A stretch of 32,000 nt of DNA from Haloarcula halobia (lineage in GTDB: Archaea > Halobacteriota > Halobacteria > Halobacteriales > Haloarculaceae). Below are positions 26,198-32,000 of the stretch, in pieces (position 1 is the first letter of the stretch; every line of letters starts with the position of its first letter). The translations under genes and the position numbers were made by a program. The stretch spans positions 2,587,631 to 2,619,630 of the forward strand of contig NZ_CP119787.1 in NCBI RefSeq assembly GCF_029338255.1, written 5' to 3'. The notes below the pieces were generated by a model. That model did no database searches. It saw only the letters and a list, made by a program, of their open reading frames with translations, and was not told where the DNA came from.

Positions 26198-28992
26198 GAT
26201 TGTAGTTCAAATTCTAAGCGGACACCACATAATTCTCCAAGTGACGTCCCGCCGTGGTGGCCGTGGTCGGTTGCCCGTGGTCCCTTAACCGCATACCGTG
26301 ACAGCGTCCCGATCGTTGGCGAATCAAATATTGCCTCGCCCGAAGGTAGATCAACGTCAATACCGGGCTGCTGTTCCAGTCGTGTCATCGTGTCGTTTTC
26401 GACACTACTCGTCCATCCGTACATGTACTTTGACCCAGAGTTTAGATAGGGCTTAACCCGGACTGCCTCCGCGATTGTCTCATCTGAGAGTGTTTCGTCA
26501 TCCGAGATATAGCGACGTGCCTCATCAAATGGAATTGATCGGCCCGAGCCTGCGAGGCCAAGGGGGACACGGGTCGTATTGGATCTGGTTTTCCCCTCTA
26601 ACCGTTCGCAATTCAACTCGAATACCTCGTCCACATCCAAGGCTTCCGTCAGCATGGACGTATTGAACCGGTAGTCGGATCGGACAGAATCGATGATTTG
26701 CTCCCGCTCATACGTGGTGATTTTCCCGTGGTCCGATGCAACAACGAGAGATATGGATTCAGACTCAAATTCAGGTTCTGCATCTTCGTACGCATTCTCG
26801 ATAGCTGATTCAATATCTTCGTAGATCTGATCAATAAATCCCCCCAGCGCCTGGTAGTAGTTAGAGAACTCAGAGAAATCGAGCGCCGTGTGCAGGAAGG
26901 AATCGAAATCGCTGACGTATAATACGAAATCCGACTTCATCGCCTCTCGGGCTTCTGGCGGCCGGGACGGATCAGTGTACACCTCAATGCGTTGCCGAAG
27001 CGCGTTCTCTAGTTCACCAGTCAACTCTTCTCTCACATCACGGAGAGATGCCTGCGACCCGGTCAGATCTCGTGCCGTTGTCTGGCGAATATCCGCTATC
27101 TGCTCGGCAACTCGTGTAATGCCCCGTTCGGAAAGATGGGTGGACTGGATGAGCTCGAAACTGTGGGGGGTTGTCCGGTCGATGAAATCGAATGCATCGG
27201 AGCCATAGTCCTGATGGAGGTCATAGACATTGTCGCCCCGACGCGGCGCCCATCCATAGATTCCCGTCTCGGAGGCAGGAAGTCCAGAGAGAAGTGTTGC
27301 CATCGCAGAGGGTGTATACGAGGGAAGATTCGAATAGAGCACATCGACATCCGCAGGGTCTCTCCCCAAGGCATCCAACTGCTGAATCACCTCGAAGTCT
27401 ATCAGGCCGAAGCTATCAATAACCAGGAAGATGCGGACGTCGCTCTCCGACCCCGGTTCTAACAGATCTGCGATGTGGGGATGCTCGTTCGAGCTGACAA
27501 TTTCTGGATAGGATGAGACAACAAGGTCGGTAAACGCATCGTATTTCCGCACCAGCGTTGTCAGCAAATCCGACTCAGACGGAGCAGTCGGTGTCGATTC
27601 CAAGACGAACTCAGACCACCGACGAAGGAACTCAGGAAGATTCTCCAACGAGACTTCCATCGCCTGGATCTCTGCCGCTTCTTCCTCCAACTCAAGGTGA
27701 TCGAGCAGCCGGCCCCTCGCCTCATTCATCACGGTCAAGTGAGGATAGGCAACGACCTCCTCCGCTTCTAATTCCATTGCCGCCCGCCAATACGGTACAG
27801 CAATATCTATCCACTCCTCACCAGAGAGTTCCTGGTTAACGGCTTCCCCACCAGAGATCATAACAAGCTCTGTAACGTGCTGGAGGAAACGCCCAAATCG
27901 ATCAAGGGCGTCCCGGGTCGGTCGCTCCCCCAGTTCGCCGCTCGCAAGTTGCTCGGCCTCGTCACCAAAGGTATCCTGAGCTGCGGCGAAACGCCGTGAT
28001 ATCTCGTCGTCGTCAGCCCCAGCAAACACGAGCCCAAAGTGGGACGCTAAAAGCTCTCCTGCATCAGAGGGATCAGCGTACCGTAACTCGATGTCATCGC
28101 CGCCGATCTCGTTGACCGCTGCCTGCAGCGTATCGATAAAGTCCCGGTCAACTGTTGTCGGGGCAAGATCCTCGATATTCCGTGAGGATTCCCGAGAAAT
28201 CACGGTTTCCAAAGCTAACCGCCGAAACGTCACAATCACCTCCTCCCCCAGCTGCCGAAGATGCAGTAAGACATCGCGCTTCCCCGTGCCTGTCGGGATA
28301 TCTTCGCCATAATGATCGACACACTGCACGGTGAAGACGTTCCGCTGCTGATTATCTTCCAGCCGATCAAACACCGTCTTCTCCTGGAGGTTCAGAACAC
28401 GCAGAAAGAACTCGGCTAATGGTTCAGGAGCGTCCGAGAGTTCATCGTACTGGATGTAAACATCCTCATAAACGTCTTCCTGCGTTCGCTGCAGTGCTCC
28501 AGTGTCGACCGTTTTCCCGACAGCACCGGCTACCACAAGCCGGGTCAGATACTCAGCCAACGACAAATCGTGTCTATCAAGCGAGGCATCGACTGTAGCC
28601 CCGTAGGCCTCTCGCTGAGCAACGTTCGAATCCTCAATCCCCAACCGCGCGAACTCCAAAAACGATGAGCCGACGACATCGTCTCGTCGATCGATGAAGG
28701 CGGGCGGACAAATAACAACTGCAGAGTTAGCGCCCGGCTCGCGGGCTATGAAATCGATCGCACTGTGTACTGTTTCTTCGAATTCTTGGAAGGTACGGGG
28801 ATAATGAAGACATCGCACGGAATCATCCGCGAGTTCTGTTAAAAACGTCCGGCCCAGCGGAACGGGGTGTGTAGATGGAACGTAGTACAGGATTCCGACC
28901 GTTTCAGTGATCTTTGAGCTGGTTTCGGTGAGGTTGGTAATACCGTCGAATTGGAGAGAGGGTTCAGCAGAATCCTCTAAATCCGTGATCAT
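26194..28992 (-). CDS. pglZ: PglZ-domain (alkaline-phosphatase superfamily) protein
   Basis: A 932-aa ORF. The C-terminal 400 aa (about nt 26230..27440) carry VRIFLVIDSFGLID (metal-binding Asp), LPSYTPSAMATLLSGLPASETGIYGW (nucleophile Thr/Ser region), LVVASDHGK and ATDHGHHGGTSLGE. This is the order expected for PglZ/alkaline-phosphatase-fold proteins. Confidence 0.65.
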   Translation of the reverse strand: MITDLEDSAEPSLQFDGITNLTETSSKITETVGILYYVPSTHPVPLGRTFLTELADDSVRCLHYPRTFQEFEETVHSAIDFIAREPGANSAVVICPPAFIDRRDDVVGSSFLEFARLGIEDSNVAQREAYGATVDASLDRHDLSLAEYLTRLVVAGAVGKTVDTGALQRTQEDVYEDVYIQYDELSDAPEPLAEFFLRVLNLQEKTVFDRLEDNQQRNVFTVQCVDHYGEDIPTGTGKRDVLLHLRQLGEEVIVTFRRLALETVISRESSRNIEDLAPTTVDRDFIDTLQAAVNEIGGDDIELRYADPSDAGELLASHFGLVFAGADDDEISRRFAAAQDTFGDEAEQLASGELGERPTRDALDRFGRFLQHVTELVMISGGEAVNQELSGEEWIDIAVPYWRAAMELEAEEVVAYPHLTVMNEARGRLLDHLELEEEAAEIQAMEVSLENLPEFLRRWSEFVLESTPTAPSESDLLTTLVRKYDAFTDLVVSSYPEIVSSNEHPHIADLLEPGSESDVRIFLVIDSFGLIDFEVIQQLDALGRDPADVDVLYSNLPSYTPSAMATLLSGLPASETGIYGWAPRRGDNVYDLHQDYGSDAFDFIDRTTPHSFELIQSTHLSERGITRVAEQIADIRQTTARDLTGSQASLRDVREELTGELENALRQRIEVYTDPSRPPEAREAMKSDFVLYVSDFDSFLHTALDFSEFSNYYQALGGFIDQIYEDIESAIENAYEDAEPEFESESISLVVASDHGKITTYEREQIIDSVRSDYRFNTSMLTEALDVDEVFELNCERLEGKTRSNTTRVPLGLAGSGRSIPFDEARRYISDDETLSDETIAEAVRVKPYLNSGSKYMYGWTSSVENDTMTRLEQQPGIDVDLPSGEAIFDSPTIGTLSRYAVKGPRATDHGHHGGTSLGELCGVRLEFELQS

Positions 28993-29057
28993 TGTCTAAT
29001 CCACTGACTGCCCGGCACTAAGTGTTTGCCCACCGCCTCTGTCAGGGATTAGACAAT
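28991..29057. repeat. Perfect 12-bp inverted repeat ATTGTCTAATCC / GGATTAGACAAT spanning the pglZ start codon and 5' region
   Basis: 28991..29002 is attgtctaatcc and 29046..29057 is ggattagacaat, its exact reverse complement, with a 43-nt spacer. The left arm overlaps the pglZ ATG (28990..28992, minus strand). Confidence 0.4.
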
Positions 29058-29067
29058 CTGTTTCAGG

Positions 29068-29811
29068 GGCACTATCTAGTTCTGAATCTCGGTAGCTGGC
29101 GTTCGTCCATCAGGCGCTTGATTGGGTCGATCCTGGTTGTAGTAGTGTCTGAACCGCCGCAATCACCGACGAGCTCTTGACTGACTGCCCCGCCAAAATG
29201 AATGAATGCGGTCAATTCGCATCGCCACGATCTGAAACCACTTTTTGATGTGGTTCCGCTCTGTGTAGTTGACCTGACCGCTCAACTCGTGGCAAGCAAA
29301 GGCAGTTAGATAGCCACCAATATCGACGAGAAACTCTTTGTCGGCGACATCCTGTTTCTCGGTGAGGCGATGCAGGAACACCGCCGCGGGGTCAGTCCCG
29401 CGGCGGCTGAACACGTCAACTTCGAGCAGCAGTTTCGAGTCCGTGTCGATGGCGGCGTAGAGCCACTGTTCCTCGCCATCTACTTCGATCTATTTCTCAT
29501 CGACTACGACCGTGACGGCGCTGCCATCAGCGGATCACACTGTTTTTTTTCGGTGTCGTTTTCTTCCAGTACTATATCATTTGGTGACAGCGATCGACAC
29601 CCACCCAGTCTAAGACAAATTCGACTTCAAGCAACGATAGCCTCATCGAGTGACTTCGCACCGCGAAACAGCGTACGGATGTCGGCGTGTACTCGTTTGC
29701 CCAAGTATCTTGATTCCCCACGTCTAAGCGTTCTCTGAGGAGGTCTGCGAGTTTCATGGACAGAACTCATTACGACCTCCTCGCTTCTCAATCCCTCAAC
29801 TAGACAGTGCC
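29068..29811 (-). mobile_element. Degenerate IS6-family (haloarchaeal ISH-type) insertion sequence
   Basis: The terminal inverted repeats are GGGCACTATCTAGTT (29067..29081) and the reverse complement of 29798..29812, GGGCACTGTCTAGTT (14 of 15 identical). They begin GGCACTGT, as in the IS26 IR. The element is about 744 bp and encloses transposase remnants. No 8-bp target duplication is visible. Confidence 0.7.
29076..29757 (-). pseudogene. IS6-family DDE transposase, disrupted
   Basis: The minus-strand translation gives MKLADLLRERLDVGNQDTWANEYTP...VGVDRCHQ (29572..29757). After a break containing a T8 run it continues ...VVVDEK*IEVDGEEQWLYAAIDTDSKLLLEVDVFSRRGTDPAAVFLHRL...NYTERNHIKKWFQIVAMRIDRIHSFWRGSQSRARR*LRRFRHYYNQDRPNQAPDGRTPATEIQN*. 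There are two in-frame stops (29490..29492 and 29163..29165) plus an internal deletion or frameshift. Confidence 0.7.
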
Positions 29812-29821
29812 CTTATGTCTA

Positions 29822-31099
29822 TTATGTAGTATTGCGAAGTGTCCAATAATCGGTGGCGGGTGTTAATCGATCTGTTGAACTCGCAGTCACATCCGAATGC
29901 AGAATGCCACTGTGACGAAGCATCATTTTAAATTGATATACTGTTGTACTCTGGTAGACATCGGCCGTTTTCAGCGCTTCAGGAGATAGAGAATCATCTT
30001 CTGAGAACACTTTTTCCCGAGCACCGCTACCTTGCCGGATGAATAGTTCAACCGTGTATGCGGGGCGCTTGTCGTACATAGACTGTACGAGTTTAGGCAG
30101 TGTTGGACCAGCTGTTGATTCTTCGATATTGGTACTGTCTGGCGTTTCCTTTTCGATGGTATCCACAAGGAATGGAGTTGCAGGATATTGGAACAATAGA
30201 TTTCTCGTAAACTCACCCCACCCTCTATGCTCTTCGATCAAATCTTCCTGTTTTCCTCGGCCACCCCAGTCATCCATTTCTTCAAGGGTATCCCCGACTG
30301 TGCCATGTGTTCTTAATGCAAATCGAATTACTTCTTTGCCCAAAGATGTGACTACTAATTCTCTACTGTGGTCACTTCTAACAAGTCCTAAAAATTTAGC
30401 ACCAGACTTGCCAGATTTGAACCCATGAACGATATTTGACTCAAACAACTCCTCGCTCCCTCTATCGCTTGCAATCACTAATGGAATCCCGAGATATGTC
30501 TTTGGATGATTGTAGTGGAATGATTGATCAGCGATTCGTTGTGCACCGGCTTGCCATCGGACAGCAGACGCGGTGTCATCTGTCGCTACCCCTTTTGGAA
30601 CGGGTGGTTCCCGAACAGCGACATCATTATCTGTTACTGCTAATAGACCAATATCTAATTCCCGGGCCAATTGACGGGTACGTCCAGTAATTGCAGTTGA
30701 GGGAACTGTCGCAATAGAAGCATTACTCTCAGATAGCCGGTCGTACGCCTGCAGAATTGCTTTTTTTACTGGCACTTGCGTACCAGTCCGCTGCTTGGTC
30801 TCTCCCTTCGCTTCTACAGCAATTACCGGAAGTGAATCTTGGGGAATGTCTAGGTGCTCTATGAACGCGGGCGGTGGCCCAGCAAATACCATATCGGGGT
30901 AGCCGGATCCAAGTGAGACATGGTTAAACGGTGAAAGAACATCCCGGATTTCAGGTTCGATTGACCCAACATTCTGCCATTCGTCTTTTCGAAACTGTGT
31001 GTCTACAGTTGCATAGCGAATTGTATCAGCTGTGGATGGAATCGCATCAGAAAGCATGAACTCTTTCGTACGGGCCAGCACTTTCGGTTCAGATAACAT
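29822..31099 (-). CDS. Protein with an N-terminal PD-(D/E)XK/Hjc-like motif; paralog of the 6740..7864 product
   Basis: A 425-aa ORF. GSGYPDMVFAGPP...LPVIAVEAKGETKQ fits the PD...E-x-K pattern. The C-terminal blocks are similar to those of the 374-aa ORF (see that feature). Confidence 0.55.
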   Translation of the reverse strand: MLSEPKVLARTKEFMLSDAIPSTADTIRYATVDTQFRKDEWQNVGSIEPEIRDVLSPFNHVSLGSGYPDMVFAGPPPAFIEHLDIPQDSLPVIAVEAKGETKQRTGTQVPVKKAILQAYDRLSESNASIATVPSTAITGRTRQLARELDIGLLAVTDNDVAVREPPVPKGVATDDTASAVRWQAGAQRIADQSFHYNHPKTYLGIPLVIASDRGSEELFESNIVHGFKSGKSGAKFLGLVRSDHSRELVVTSLGKEVIRFALRTHGTVGDTLEEMDDWGGRGKQEDLIEEHRGWGEFTRNLLFQYPATPFLVDTIEKETPDSTNIEESTAGPTLPKLVQSMYDKRPAYTVELFIRQGSGAREKVFSEDDSLSPEALKTADVYQSTTVYQFKMMLRHSGILHSDVTASSTDRLTPATDYWTLRNTT

Positions 31100-31276
31100 T
31101 ACAGCACCTTTGGGTTGCTAAATGTGACCAAGTGTATTAGACCTACTGTCTATTATGAATATGTATAACTTATTATTTGCAACTAGTCGGCACTGAAGAA
31201 AATATGGATAAATTCTCCCTATCAGTGGTACAAGAGGGTTCTCAAGAACAGAGCCGGCAAATTTCGATTTAAGTAT

Positions 31277-31498
31277 TCAAGAGTTTCGTGACCCCCTCGG
31301 ATCCTCCACTAAGCGCCAGAGAGCTGTTGGTTCGTGAAGGTATTCGATATAATCTGCTGCGTGTAAGCGATCAAGCCTTTTTGTTACTGTCGGACGAGAT
31401 AATCCGGTGAAGTCTACCAGTGAACCAGTAGTTAGATTACCCTTTTCAACGAATTCGTCAATCACCCTCTCAGTGTTCTCATCGATCTTGAGTGGCAT
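31277..31498 (-). CDS. Small winged-helix DNA-binding protein (putative transcriptional regulator)
   Basis: A 73-aa ORF. LTTGSLVDFTGLSRPTVTKRLDRLHAADYIEY is a classic HTH (recognition helix SRPTVTKRL), followed by a wing (PTALWRLV). Confidence 0.6.
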   Translation of the reverse strand: MPLKIDENTERVIDEFVEKGNLTTGSLVDFTGLSRPTVTKRLDRLHAADYIEYLHEPTALWRLVEDPRGSRNS

Positions 31499-31628
31499 TT
31501 GTTGGTATATATTTTTGCATCTCCATTATTCCCACCACATTAGATGTGTATTTACTATTAACCTTTACTATCCGTTAAGCATATAACTAAGGCCGCCATA
31601 GGAATGAGTGAACACCCGGTCCCGTTGG

Positions 31629-31668
31629 GGTATTTGTACCAAAATACCCGCGTGTTGGATCACGCGGG
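31629..31668. other. Two adjacent perfect hairpins in an intergenic region
   Basis: GGTATTT (31629..31635) pairs with AAATACC (31642..31648). CCCGCGTG (31647..31654) pairs with CACGCGGG (31661..31668) around the 6-nt loop ttggat. Their function is unknown. Confidence 0.3.
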
Positions 31669-31697
31669 CCGGGTTCCCACTCCAAAGGTAAGAACCC

Positions 31698-32000
31698 ATG
31701 CACGACATAGAGTTCGCTGGACAAGAGTCCGATGATCAGCTGATTAAAGATATAAGCCAAATAAAGTTGATTGCGCTCGGGGAAGGGGCCGCGGCTTGCG
31801 AAGCCTGCGGTGAAAAACTGCGGGAAGGCGCTCCGCTCGTTGCGTTCGCCTTCCGGCTGGCCGACCAGCCGACCTTCCAGTTCGGGCACGTGAAGTGCAC
31901 TGAGTGTCGGCACGAGCCAACGGAGTACTTTACGCTCGGCGTGCGCGAACTCGTGCTTGACGGCCGCGTCGGGACCTGTGCTGACCCTGCAACACAGTCG
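31698..32000 (+). CDS. Partial CDS (5' part) of a Cys-rich (CxxC...CxxC) acidic protein, running off the window
   Basis: An ATG at 31698 opens a frame that stays open to 32000: MHDIEFAGQESDDQLIKDISQIKLIALGEGAAACEACGEKLREGAPLVAFAFRLADQPTFQFGHVKCTECRHEPTEYF.... It is acidic with GC-rich codons typical of haloarchaeal core genes. I prefer it to the antisense ORF 31587..31913. Confidence 0.5.
   Translation, partial: MHDIEFAGQESDDQLIKDISQIKLIALGEGAAACEACGEKLREGAPLVAFAFRLADQPTFQFGHVKCTECRHEPTEYFTLGVRELVLDGRVGTCADPATQS

Noticed and set aside
31181-31195. AACTAGTCGGCACTG, which contains both AACTAG and GGCACTG as in the IS6-type terminal repeat. It could be a solo IR remnant.
   Set aside because: Only 6-7 nt pieces match and they are in an arrangement inconsistent with the IR. 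This is too short to distinguish from chance.
31600-31700. A possible tRNA gene or tRNA-derived att site at the island edge, suggested by stacked hairpins and a GGTTCCCAC stretch.
   Set aside because: The stems (7 and 8 bp with 6-nt loops) do not fit a cloverleaf on either strand. There is no 7-nt anticodon loop on a 5-bp stem, no GTTCRANYC T-loop and no acceptor stem pairing.
31587-31913. A 108-aa minus-strand ORF.
   Set aside because: It overlaps a plus-strand frame open from 31698 to the window end. That frame has a far more plausible acidic, CxxC-containing product. The minus-strand product is low-complexity, G/P/R/L-rich, and starts inside the GC-rich region.
1-32000. CRISPR arrays, rRNA genes, integrase/recombinase genes and virus structural genes.
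   Set aside because: There are no regularly spaced direct repeats, no rRNA-like conserved stretches, and no ORF with tyrosine or serine recombinase motifs or capsid/terminase-like features. The only mobile-element signature is the decayed IS6-type element.

Overview
The window reads as a horizontally acquired defence island of a haloarchaeon. I infer the host from the strongly acidic, D/E-rich predicted proteins, an IS6/ISH-type transposase remnant, and many tightly coupled genes with ATGA overlaps or gaps under 10 nt. No rRNA, tRNA or CRISPR array was found. The centre (12.6-20 kb) holds a complete preQ0 synthesis set, queD-queE-queC, on the minus strand. It diverges from a plus-strand operon encoding a TGT paralog fused to an ArcS-type domain, a stand-alone copy of that domain type, a second TGT/DpdA-like paralog, and a GHKL ATPase. 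Minus-strand effector-type operons flank this core on both sides. On the left is a 1529-aa Dna2-like protein (Cas4/RecB-type Fe-S nuclease plus SF1 helicase) followed by a PD-(D/E)XK-like protein. On the right is a five-gene coupled operon: PglZ, a 269-aa protein, a 104-aa protein, a BrxC/PglY-like 1280-aa P-loop protein, and a HerA-like ATPase. No ORF in the window looks like a DNA methyltransferase. The main hypothesis is therefore a BREX-like system whose epigenetic mark is a 7-deazaguanine (Dpd-like) DNA modification rather than PglX methylation. The left 6.5 kb carries a second candidate defence module: PD-(D/E)XK protein, EVE/PUA-like protein, coiled-coil nuclease, small membrane proteins, a Rad50/SMC-like ATPase with a CxxC hook, and a small acidic protein. 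That module is bracketed by direct repeats derived from the 3' end of one gene. A degenerate IS6-family element with IS26-like terminal repeats lies between pglZ and a paralog of the PD-(D/E)XK-like gene. Composition appears to become GC-richer after about 31.7 kb, which may mark the island edge. All family assignments rest on motifs read by eye. No database search or composition calculation was possible.
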